A DNA stretch of 64,000 bases from Epiperipatus broadwayi (lineage: Eukaryota; Animalia; Onychophora). Each line of letters opens with the position of its first letter. The stretch's first letter is position 1. Shown here piece after piece: positions 40,494 to 51,481 of the stretch. Made by a program: the position numbers and the translations under genes. Location of the stretch: assembly GCA_028023455.1 (NCBI GenBank), contig JAQFVV010000004.1:26226001-26290000 (forward strand), in the 5' to 3' direction. The notes beneath the pieces are model-generated. The model did not search any database. It was not told the origin of the DNA and saw only the letters and a program-made list of their open reading frames with translations.

Positions 40494-41564
40494 TTTGACA
40501 TATGAAAATAATAATAATAAACTTTTTTTTTTTTAAAAAAAAAGAAAAAAAAATCTATAGTCAATTTATATATACCAATTAATTTTTAACGTATAAATTA
40601 AAAAAAAAAAAAGCATCTTAATAAAAATATGAACACTTTAGCAATAAATTTCTCTATATATAGAGGGAGTGTATATGTGAACATACTTTCCTTTTATATA
40701 TCTTTAAAAAAAAATGAACAAAAAAGCTAAGAAGTTATAAGTACTTACATTAAGAAATCCGTACCAGTTAAATATCTGTTAAAAAAAAAAGTCTTTAAAT
40801 AAAAATTACAATATATATATATCAAAAAATCAAATTAAATGCAATAGGGAAAAAAATTTCTCCATACAATAATATACTTTAAAATATTCGGAAAACTATA
40901 ACATTACATCTTTTTGTTGTCACAAACTTTTCTTTAATCAGTAACATTAAATAAGCAAGACATAAGTATAATAACAGCAATAATAATATATAAATAATCA
41001 CTTGCACACACACATATGTATAATATAACATTTATCCAGTTTATTAATATATGGGAATTCATAAACAAGATGATATAACAAAACTACATTTTATAATTTT
41101 ATATGCTATCTGAATTTTGTGCACCACTCTAAATGGACACACATATATAAATATAAAGGCTATTTTACTCCAGTATGACAATTTATTATATTATATCAAA
41201 GATCAATTCAAAAAACTGTCAACAATTACCAAAATGAAATATATTAAAAATTTTTTTTTCATCTATTTTTATTTTATTTTCGTAATACCGAGTGAACTAC
41301 ATTAATAACATTGGCATAAAATAAAAGATTACAATTATATAATACAAAAATAAATTTTAAATATATGAAACACATTCATATACACTACATTTATTTTACC
41401 TTCAACTAAAAGGATTAAAGTTTTTCCCATTTATAATGATAATTAATCCATTTAGCAAGGAGTCTCGTTTGTTTTCTTCTTAGCTGGAAGATATTTATAC
41501 AAATCTTTCTTTATAGGGATTGAAAGACAACTCACAAAGTAAGAGTTCAAGTTAGGAATTCCTT

Positions 41565-41677
41565 GTCTTGCGTTGTTAGCCGAGAGGTATCGCAGCCGTC
41601 ATGCAAGCAAGTAGTTGGTTGCAGACGGTTGTGGGTTCGCGTCCCGGCCGATGCTATGACATATGGAAAAAAAAAAA
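41565..41677 (+). mobile_element. tRNA-derived, poly(A)-tailed SINE-like insertion
   Basis: A-box TAGCCGAGAGG, B-box-like GGTTCGCGTCC, acceptor-like GCGTTG/CGATGC, A-run tail, and a 16-bp TSD with 2 mismatches (aagttaggaattcctt 41549-41564 / aagttagatattcctt 41678-41693). CpG-rich in an AT-rich context. Confidence 0.75.
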
Positions 41678-43983
41678 AAGTTAGATATTCCTTAAAATGT
41701 TATCTGCAGTACAATAACGTTGATTAAAGCAATGTGTTGGTGAAGCCAGGAGCAGATTCAACAATTAATGAATAATAAACAGGTCAGTTGTAAGTTTGAG
41801 CATTATTTAATTAATCTTTAATCATAAAATGAATTTGAACTGCTTCTTCTTTAATTAAGTGTCAAAATATTCCAGCAATTCATAAATAGACTAATTCTGG
41901 ATTCCTGGATTCTTAATCAATTTAATAATAATAAGTATTTTTTTATTGGCATTGACTGAAAGATAAAAAAATATCAATAAAGTCTTGCAAGAATAAATTT
42001 TACCAACTTTTTCCTCTGCTAAATTTATAAAAAGTATTTTGAAGGTATCAAATTTTGTATATCGTTTTTAAAGGTGGCTGAAACTTCAAAATAATTCATT
42101 TTCTATTTTCCTTTGTTTAAAATAAAAAATATATACTGCTGTAAATTTTATTTGTAACAAAAGAAAAACTGCAGCAGTCTTTTACTAATGATATTCTATG
42201 TAACTTGTTTCTTTTAAAGTGTAAATTAATTGCTTTTTAATTAATGTCAGTTCCAAAGTATATATGTGATAAATATTAGAATTAATTAATAATAACCAAA
42301 AAATTCAAATTAACTAACAATGATTATGATAAGATAAAAATGAATATCCTCTGCTGATACTTTATTGATTTCTGGTAGCTTTTCATCCTGATATCTCTAA
42401 TTAATTTTGAAACAGTATGGCAGTTTGCATTCTTTGAAGATAGCACAAATTAAGCATTTTCTTTAGCAATTATTATTTGATGCATAGCTGGGTATACACT
42501 GTAAGATCACAAACTCTAGCTTTTCATTTATTTAACTTATAAAGTGATAATCATAAAATTAAAGTGAAAACTGATTAACTTCATTGTTAAAAGCTATAAC
42601 ATTCCATTCTTTTTTCCTTTCTTTCTATAACTTTTACACATACCTCTGGATGCATATTTATGCTTTTACTGCATTTTTTATCCCTTCAAATTTAAAAAAT
42701 TGAAGGTGCAACATTTAACACTAGTATTACTTCAACCTTATAATTAATTCAACCGTAACCTTTCTAATTAAAGAAACTGCTTAAACACATGTTTGTCTAG
42801 ATAGTTGAAAAATTATTTAGCTTAATATATTTTTAAATCTACTTTTTTAATTTTATTTAAAACACTCATTAACTTTATTTTATTTAAGAATTTCTTCTTA
42901 ATGTTATTATAATCATTATTTTTCAATATTATTATAATACTTTTTAAAAATTAATTAATGCTTTTATTAATTTTCAGTCTTCCTTTCCATACATGCACCA
43001 AAATATTATACACTCACATGTATTTAAGGAAATAACCTACTTTTAAATATAATAATTAAACTCTTTAACACAATTTATTAAATCCAAAACTTCAATCGAT
43101 TAGTCTTAAGTTTAATATACTGAACTCTAAATTCATTCAAAGACTATCTAAATAATCACTATTCTATTTAAACATTGTTTTAAATGCACCTACTGTAAAA
43201 TAAACTAAAACAAACTATAACACATTTAATAAACTATAACTGGTAAACATCTACAGAAGTTAATTTAACATAACTCCTCTAGAACGGTATACTCTAATTT
43301 AAAAATTACTCAAGTTTTGACTGCTAAATTGAAATTCTAGACATCTATTAATAAACTAAGCAATATTTCTCAAATTATTATTAATAGAAAAGTATTTAAT
43401 AAAGTGTTTTATTGACAATTGAAAGCATTTAACTAATATTTAATATTTAATTGTTTGAAGTGTTTTAATTATAGAATTATATGTTAACTAATATTATGCA
43501 AGTTAATCACAATAAAAGTTCACTTGTGACAAGGATAGACTTATTTAAAATAAAATAAAAATTAAATTATTATAACTTATATTTAACTCTTACGGGCTTA
43601 AATATACAGTTACAATATGTATGTATATAAATTAAAAATGCATATAACTCTACATACAATATTAGCCAAAACTACAAAATTTTACAAAAATTCTTACACA
43701 ACCATGGTTCCATCTATTAATATTTTGTTGTTTTGATTAGTATTGTAATGTTATATGAATTTCTATTTTATTTTTAATTACTAGTACAGCATTACACAGT
43801 ATTAAATATATATATATAAAGGTTTATAATTTTTTTACACATAAATGTAAATATAAATATTATAACTTTATTTTTCTTATTGCATTGCCAAATCTATATA
43901 ATATTAATATCATTTATAATAATAAATCATGCTTTCACACTTCCAACATAAAGTTATAACAACAAATTGAAAACTAAATTAAA

Positions 43984-44028
43984 TGGCTAAGCGCTTTCAA
44001 GAAGATGTACTTCTCATATTCATAGCCA
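43984..44028 (-). ncRNA. Variant hammerhead-like motif (A3-U8 core) in a PLE 3' UTR
   Basis: TGGCT ATGAATAT GAGAAG-TACAT-CTTCTT GAAA GCGC TT AGCCA, about 70 nt after the PLE stop codon. Confidence 0.7.
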
Positions 44029-44096
44029 GTTATGATCCTTTCTTTGAAATCATTATATAAATAAATCTGATATGCAAATTATATGCAAATGAGTCA

Positions 44097-44925
44097 CTAA
44101 GACCATCTTTTAGATATCGCAAAACATGCATCTTTATGATTAATGGTGAAAGAGTCCTCTGCTATAAAGTATGCTTCTTTTACTTTTCGCCTAACATCAT
44201 GTCACTCAGTACAAACTAATTTTGCAGATGTGGGTTCGAACACATGTCCCGACAATTTTTGATGCTGAGCATTCGTATTGTATTTATACCTATGTTGTGA
44301 TATCCTAGTAGCTATGGTGGCTCTCGTTTCACCATAGTATGATGCCTTACATCCATTATGAGGGCATGCCACTCTGTACACAGCCTGTGGAGTCTGATCA
44401 GAAGCTATAGTGTCCTTAGTGTTGTTAATAAGCCTATTAGTTGAGTTAGGTGTATGGAAACTCAAACGAAATTCCTTAGAAAAAGTCTTATAAAATGTTT
44501 TATGTAAAGAGTGCATGTAGGGCAACAATATCCAAGGCCTGTTGTCTTCATCTCTGTGTTTTCCAATATTATTTACAAAACGTCTAATTTTGCTATATAC
44601 TATATTGCGCCTGTATCCTGATTTGATTAAGTTGTTAGTATAATTAGTTAAGTTAGACCTTCTATCTGCCTCAAACTTGCACAAATAGTAATTTCTGAAA
44701 AGAAATGAAGTCAATCCAGCAAACTTGTGAGTCATAGGTGTGTATGACTCATGGTGAATCTGTCCACGAACTTCTGGTGGCTTCATAATCATTGCATAAT
44801 TAAGCATATTTCCTTCTCTGTGTACCTTGATATCTAAATATTTTACCTCTTGCCCCATATCTTCCCATATAATATTTAAATTTAATGCTGTGTTCGCTTG
44901 TATCCGATCTTGCTTTTTTCAACCC
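44097..44925 (-). pseudogene. 5'-truncated Penelope-like element (RT thumb + GIY-YIG endonuclease)
   Basis: HSIKF..., KYLDIKVHR, AVYRVACPHNGCKASYYGETR...ISQH. Reads through an in-frame TGA (44202-44204) to RRKVKEAYFI...ISKRWS*. Collinear with the 51.5-53.8 kb ORF. Confidence 0.88.
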
Positions 44926-45356
44926 ACTAAACCAGTGGATTGTAAAAAAGCATTGTAAAAAGTAAAAAAGAACATTAAATACTATTAAATATAAATATAT
45001 TTATAAATGGTATATATTTATGAAAAAAAAACAGCATAATATTAAAATATAAAATTTTATAATATGAAATATGATTTCATAAAGAAAAAATATAATAGTT
45101 TAGCTATTTATTAACTAATAAAAAATCAACAATAATAAGAATATTATAAATAATATGGATTAGTAAATTAAAGAACATAAATACAGTATATATAAATAAA
45201 GAACAATGAGCTGTGCTAATTGCTCTAACAAGCATTATTGATAAATTCCAGCAAGACAAAGCATTTTAAAATCTCTACCTAGAAACCACACCCTAAACTC
45301 AGACCAATGGTTTTATGTTCTGGCACTCCTCAGTGAGACCTGAAAGTACTCTAGCG

Positions 45357-45398
45357 CCTCACTGAGGAGTGACAAATCACGAAACCATTGGTCTGAGG
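45357..45398 (+). ncRNA. Type I hammerhead ribozyme (family B), intact
   Basis: CCTCA CTGAGGA GTGA-CAAA-TCAC GAAA CCATTGG TC^ TGAGG. All core positions present, perfect stems I and II, quasi-palindromic stem III, GUC site. Confidence 0.9.
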
Positions 45399-45786
45399 TT
45401 AAAGTGTGGTTTCTAGATAAAGATTTTAAAATGTTTTCTCTTGCTGGCATTTATCAATAAATCTTATTAGAGCAATTAGCACAGCTCATTGTTTTTTATT
45501 TGCAAGTTTAAAAAGATTAGGTCATTTGATATATGACTTTAATTTTTATTGACTATTTATAGTCTTGTGCTTTAAAGTCTTAAGCAGTGATATATTGCTA
45601 AGACTATTAATATATGGTTTGGCTGAAGATCTCTTAGCCCCCATGTAGTTATTTGAGTTGGATAGCTGGGTTTGAAGACATGTAGGTGTCTGAAAATTTC
45701 AGATTTACCACTCAATAGATAACTTTTAGATAAATTCTGGCTTTGGGTTGGTATTTTTAGATCTTGTGTCTAAAACTATCCTAGCA

Positions 45787-45828
45787 GATCACTGAAGAGT
45801 GCCAAAGCATGAAATCATTGGTCTTAGG
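45787..45828 (+). ncRNA. Second family B hammerhead, stem I partly disrupted
   Basis: GATCA CTGAAGA GTGC-CAAA-GCAT GAAA TCATTGG TC TTAGG. Stem II covaries with the first copy. Confidence 0.65.
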
Positions 45829-47079
45829 TATAGATTTTAAATGCTTTGTCTTGCTGGCATTTATCAATAAAGCTTGTTAGAAAAATTAGCATAGCTCATT
45901 GCTTTTATTTACAAGCTTAAAAAGATTAGGTCATGTGATATAGGACTTTAATTTTTATTGACTATTTGCTTTAAAGTCTTAAGAAATCTTATATTGGCTA
46001 AAGCTATTAATATATTGTTAGGATGAAGATATCTCAGCCCCATATAAGTATTTGAGTTGGATAGCTGGGTTTGAAGACATGTAGGTGTCTGAAAATTTCA
46101 GATTTTCCACTCAATAGATAACTTTTAGATAAATGCTGGCTTTGGGTTGGTATTTTTAGATCTTGTGTCTAAAACTATCCTAGTGCCCACTGAGTTGGTC
46201 TGAGGTTAGGATGTGGTTTCTAGATAGAGATTTTAAAGTCCTTTCTCTTGCTGGCATTTATCAATAAAGCTTGTTACAGCAATTAGCACAGTTCATTGTT
46301 TTTTATTTATAAGCTTATAAAAATTAGGTCATGTGATATATGATTAATTTTTATTGACTATATAAATAAAAATTTGTAGTGATTATAGATATAGTTAGTT
46401 TAAATAATATATGATATAAAATAAATTAAAAAGATATGGTTTTTTTTTTTTTTGGAAATTTGTAAGAAATTGAAATAGTATTAGATAGATTAAAACATGT
46501 TTATAATATTTATAATTGTAGAATAAAAAGGTAAATATAAAAGAAAGTTATTAATAACAGAAGATTGAATAAAAGAATAGTAGATATTATATATAATTTA
46601 AAAATATATATATTTAGTAAATGGATCAATGTTGAATGAAGAAATATATAATGATAAAATCATAAGTATTTTAAAAAACTTTTATTTAAGTTACAATCTC
46701 TGATTGTTTGATGGTTTCATTTGCTTCTTAGTTTGCAAACACTTTCATTTAAGAATAAAATATTAAAATTAAGATTTAATATAATTATAGTCAAAAGAAT
46801 TTGTTAAAATTTGATACATTTCTTATAAATCATGGTTGATGCCATATGACACAAATTTTTTACAGAGGCTTCCTAAATTCTTAAATCCAAATAAATGGGT
46901 GGATGAAATTACAAATATTTTGATATCAAATTTAAAATACATTCACAAGATTTCAATAAGTTTTTAATAATGCATGGAAGAGGGTGGTATGTATATATAT
47001 AAAATTATTCAAAACAATACAATAATTAATACAGTAAAACAATATTTAAAAAAACAAACAAATATATATCACAATTTAA

Positions 47080-47119
47080 TAGAAGTACTTTCAACTATCT
47101 ATGTAGTCGTTATCAACTA
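47080..47119 (-). ncRNA. Variant hammerhead-like motif (U3-A8 core)
   Basis: TAG TTGATAAC GACTA-CATAGA-TAGTT GAAA GTAC TT CTA. Stem I is extendable (CAATTTGA/TTAAATTG). Confidence 0.65.
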
Positions 47120-48184
47120 GATTCAAATTGTATTAGAAAAAACTGTTACAAATGTAAACAAAAAGTAATACGTCATACATCAATTTTCCCACAATTCATT
47201 AATTTTTATATTGGCAGCCTGTCTATTTATCAAATGTTGCTTTTCACTTTTTATTAATGTAGCTTCTTTAATTTTGCGTTTATTATTATTTCTTTCAATA
47301 CACAAAATCTTAACTTTATTAAAATCAAAACCATAATTACATATTACATTATGATCAAAAAATACAGATGGTGATACATCATCATTTCTAACATTCTCTT
47401 GTCTTGATTTTTGTACTTGTTTATATAACAACAAATGCTCCTTTGATCTTTTCTCCAATGTACATCGAGATTCACCAATATATGCCTTTCCACAAACATG
47501 CAGCCATTTATATATTGCACAACTTTGATTTAAAATACTACATCTATTTTTGGAATTATTTATTAATCTATTTAAATTAGGAGTAGTATAAAATGCAACT
47601 CTACGTATATTTTTATATATCTGTTTTATAAATTTCACTTGTTCATTACAAATATAAAAATATAAATTTATAAAACATATATAAAAATATATGTCGAGTT
47701 GCATTTTATACTACTCCTAATTTAAATAGATTAATAAATAATTCCAAAAATAGATGTAGTATTTTAAATCAAAGTTGTGCAATACATAAATGGCTGTGTG
47801 TTTGTGGAAAGGCATATATTGGTGAATCTCGATGTACATTGGAGAAAAGATCAAAGGAGCATTTGTTGTTATATAAACAAGTACAAAAATCAAGACAAGA
47901 GAATGTTAGAAATGATGATGTATCACCATCTGTATTTTTTGATCATAATGTAACATGTAATTATGGTTTTGATTTTGATTTTAATAAAGTTAAGATTTTG
48001 TGTATTGAAAGAAATAATAATAAACGCAAAATTAAAGAAGCTATGTTAATAAAAAGTGAAAAACAACATTTGATAAATAGACAGGCCGCCAATATAAAAA
48101 TTAATGAATTGTGGGAAAATTGATGTATGACATATTACTTTTTTGTTTACATTTGTGACGTTTTTTTCTAATACAATTTGAATC

Positions 48185-48224
48185 TAGTTGATAATGACTA
48201 CATAGATAGTTGAAAGTACTTCTA
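48185..48224 (+). ncRNA. Variant hammerhead-like motif (U3-A8 core)
   Basis: TAG TTGATAAT GACTA-CATAGA-TAGTT GAAA GTAC TT CTA, about 60 nt after the TGA at 48123. Confidence 0.65.
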
Positions 48225-48357
48225 TTAAATTGTGGTATATATTTGTTTTTTTAAAATATTGTTTTACTGTACTAATTGTTGTATTGTTTTGAATAATTAT
48301 ATATATTTTATTATAATTGGAATACAGACATTGATTAATAATTTATATATATATATA

Positions 48358-48728
48358 TAATATACAAATCAATATATATATATATCAAAATACAGTACAA
48401 TTACATAAATTATATTATTTTAGAAGTACTTTCAACTATACATTTTGTAGTCTTTATCAACTATATAACATTGAATAATCAAAATGAGACAACCTTTAAC
48501 AATATCCATAGTTCAATTCAGATTTCCCACAATTCTGTTATCTTAACATTTGATGACTGTTGATTCATTAAAATTTGATGATTTCTTGAAATCAACATAG
48601 CCTTTTGATTATTCAATGTTATATAGTTGATAAAGACTACAAAATATATAGTCGAAAGTACTTCTAAAATAATATAATTTATGTAAATTGTACTGTATTT
48701 TGATATATATATTAATTTGTATATTACA
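48358..48728. mobile_element. Short PLE 3'-end insertion with inverted pseudo-LTR arms
   Basis: Arms ~48358-48487 and ~48603-48728. The spacer encodes MLISRNHQILMNQQSSNVKITELWEI* on the minus strand, homologous to MLIKSEKQHLINRQAANIKINELWEN*. Each arm carries a U3-A8 HHR-like motif (48421-48463 minus, 48624-48666 plus). Confidence 0.82.
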
Positions 48729-48872
48729 TATATTGTGAAACGAATACAGATATCAAACTTTATTATATATATTGTAACGATATCAAACTTTATTACAATA
48801 TATATAAGTTGAAACAAACACAAATCTTGATTATAAAAATTTTCTTTCTAAAAGAACTATAACATTCTTTAT

Positions 48873-49419
48873 AATATTAATATCATCTATGTTCTTTATT
48901 ATTTTTACAATGCTTTTTTCTACAACCTAAGATTCTTCAGAACTCCTACTTATATCTCCAAATCTTATACTACTTCATAAGAAGATAAAGAATACTAGAA
49001 ATAGAACTTCAATAAGAAGAAAGAAGAAACATAGAGTTAAGATTTGGAGATATAAGTAAAAGTTCTGAAGAAGATTGCTGGGGAATCAAAACTGTCATGT
49101 TAAGTTGTAAAAAAGCATTGTAAAAGTAATAAAGAACTTACATAATATTAGTATTATATGGATTTGGCAATGCAGTAGGAAAGATAAAGTGATAATATTT
49201 CATGAAGAAGATAAAGAATACTGGAAATAGAGCTTGGATAAGAAGAAAAAACAACAACATAAGGAGTTAAAATTTGGAGATATAAGTAAAAGTTCTGAAG
49301 AAGGTTGCTGGGACAATCGAAACTGTCATATTAGATTGTAAATACATTGTTAAAGTAATAAAGAACATACATGATATTAATATTATATGGATTTGGTAGT
49401 GCAATAGGAAAGATAAAGT
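48873..49419 (+). mobile_element. HHR-like tandem element, family D (inverted ~100 bp + two ~230-bp units)
   Basis: Perfect 15-bp TSD tataacattctttat (48858-48872 / 49420-49434). CTGAAGA cores at 49065 and 49295. The second reads CTGAAGA A GGTTG-CTGGGA-CAATC GAAA CTG TC, with stem I poorly paired. Confidence 0.75.
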
Positions 49420-50776
49420 TATAACATTCTTTATTTTGGTAATAAATTTTATCAAAAAATGTTTTTCAAATAAATATTATAATGTAAATGATTTTTAATC
49501 TATATGATAGTTACAATTTCAGTGATTGGTTGTGACTAACCAGTAGATATATATGCAAACTATTTTTTAAACAATAATACATTAACCTTTGGGATGCTTC
49601 TCATGAATTATTTCATTTTTTGACCAATTCGCCCCCTGGTGATTTTTTTCATAAGTATTATACGTTAAAATGTGTGTAAAACAGTATATTTTATTATATT
49701 TAATTTTCACTGAAGAATTTGTGCTAAAAAGTGAAAAATTCAAAATTCTCATTCTTACTATAGACACAAGCCCCACCCTGACATGTTTAGCCATTGTCTG
49801 TTGCCAAGGCTGTAAAATGTTCAACATTTTACAATATTGTTTAAAGAAAATAGTTCCAATGACCAAAAACATGTTTATTTGCAAATTTATTACTGTTTTG
49901 GATATTTGTTTTATAATAATTTACTATATTTATTAGATATCAAGAAATATAAATTATTAATAACTTATTTTGACTTGAAATAATTTATTTTCAAAAATGT
50001 AATGTTATATTAGCAGCAAATTTAAATATGGCCTGAAGTAATTTAAAAACTTAGCTTCTATGTAAGCAATCTACTTATGCTTACAAGTATGAAAATATCA
50101 CAGTTTTGCAATAAATATTCACATATTTTAAACTTTTAAAGCATAATTCATTAGATATAAAAAAATTAATAAATATTTCGTTGATTTTATAAACTGAAAA
50201 TAATCTTTCTAGAAACAGTGATGTGTAAATTCTTTGTTTTAATTACAATCTCATTTTTTTAATATTTACAGAAACAAAATGTGAACATTTAAAATTTATT
50301 TCAGTAGTAAACAAAAATATCAACTGAAATTAAATTTGTTATTTTTGGATAAATAATAATCATTTAATCATATATTTTACATTGATTTGTGAGTCAAAGA
50401 AAAATGTCAGAAAATGCTGAAATGTGAGAGTCTTAGACTGTATGTCAGAAGGGTTAAAAAGTATTTTCATGATAATTTAAAATTCAAACAAAAACAAATC
50501 TTTGTAAAAATTCATTTTTTTAAAAAATTGATATTTTTTCTATGATTCTAAAAACTGACTTATTAACTAGTTCATTATTATGCATGAATACAGCACTATA
50601 GAATTTTCAAATTTGCAATATCGAGTTTATGTTTAGAATTGTGGGAAACTATGCAGTTTACACATGCACATTTTACATTTTTGGATTAATCTTTTTCTTA
50701 TGTTTTAGAAAATGTAAGTTCTAATTTTCTATCGTAAAAGTTGACAATTTTCTGATAATTTTTGTGATCAAGTAAA

Positions 50777-50927
50777 AAACAGGCAAAACTCACTATACAT
50801 ATTGCCACACACAGAAAGCTAGAGTAATCAATGGATGCCAGAAGGCTTGTGCATAAAATCCCTATCTAGTGCCTATTCATCCAATATCCCAGACTAGTTT
50901 CTGGCTTGTGGCCTTCGTTGGTGATCA
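50777..50927. mobile_element. Family A copy 2 (short, degenerate HHR on minus strand)
   Basis: Shares aggcaaaactc...gaaggcttgtgcataaaatccctatctagtgcc...agactagtttctggcttgtggcc. 14-bp TSD tgtgatcaagtaaa (50763-50776 / 50928-50941). Confidence 0.82.
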
Positions 50928-51179
50928 TGTGATCAAGTAAATTGAATTTTTTGTCTTTCTCTCATTTTTTTCTAGTTAATGGAAGAATATTTGCCGTTAA
51001 AATTACAATGGAAAAAATACAATTTTTGACTGCTGTATTTAGAAAACAACGTTACAAGGGCTCGATGGTAAGTAATTATTTTTATATTTTTTTTTACTTA
51101 TTATTTTATTTTTATATATTTTTTACTTATTATTTCAATTTATATTTGATAAAAAATAACTTGTGATTGTGTAAATTTA

Positions 51180-51300
51180 TATCGTGAATTATTTGCATTT
51201 TTTGATATGATGTGGGTTTGGATCCGATATTTGAATTAGGTGATATGAGATAAAGATAAACATATTTTGCAAATATTATGACCCAATTTACATTTTTCTA
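51180..51300 (+). pseudogene. piggyBac-like transposase relic, 5' part
   Basis: ELFAFF... and ILQIL*-NLHFS resemble the E-x-x-x-F-x-G and RF-x-x-I-x-R-x-LHF-x-DN motifs of piggyBac/PGBD transposases. Confidence 0.55.
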
Positions 51301-51370
51301 TAATATACAAATTAAAAAAGTGTATGAAACACTTGAGTGAGAAGCTATACAGATTCCAAAAATTACTATA

Positions 51371-51411
51371 CGCTAAGCGCTTTTGAGGCCATTTGCCTCA
51401 TATTCATAGCG
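51371..51411 (-). ncRNA. Variant hammerhead-like motif (A3-U8 core), 3' pseudo-LTR
   Basis: CGCT ATGAATAT GAGGC-AAATG-GCCTC AAAA GCGC TT AGCG. G12>A in this copy at a CpG; the upstream copy has GAAA. Confidence 0.65.
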
Positions 51412-51481
51412 GTAATGTGAGATGCAGAATGAGGAAATAGGGCAAGGAAACAAAGCGGTATGCAAAGCGTATGCAAATGAG

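Larger units (their letters stand above)
45201..46358 (+). mobile_element. Retrozyme-like HHR tandem element, family B (inverted arm + ~2.4 units of ~400-430 bp)
   Basis: 45201-45340 is an inverted copy of ~45357-45500. HHR cores at 45362, 45792 and 46190. Candidate 12-bp TSD tatataaataaa (45189-45200 / 46359-46370). No coding potential seen. Confidence 0.85.
46993..48306. mobile_element. Two 5'-truncated PLE copies head-to-head, forming a ~1.3-kb palindrome
   Basis: Arms ~46993-47632 and ~47667-48306. Each encodes RVAFYTTPNLNRL...AI(Y/H)KWL(C/H)VCGKAYIGESRCTLEKRSKEH...KRKIKEA...ELWEN* (GIY-YIG). Confidence 0.9.

Noticed and set aside
49770-49820. HKPHPDMFSHC, resembling a HAD-hydrolase KPxP motif exon
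   Set aside because: A single short match with no other HAD motifs or supported exons nearby.
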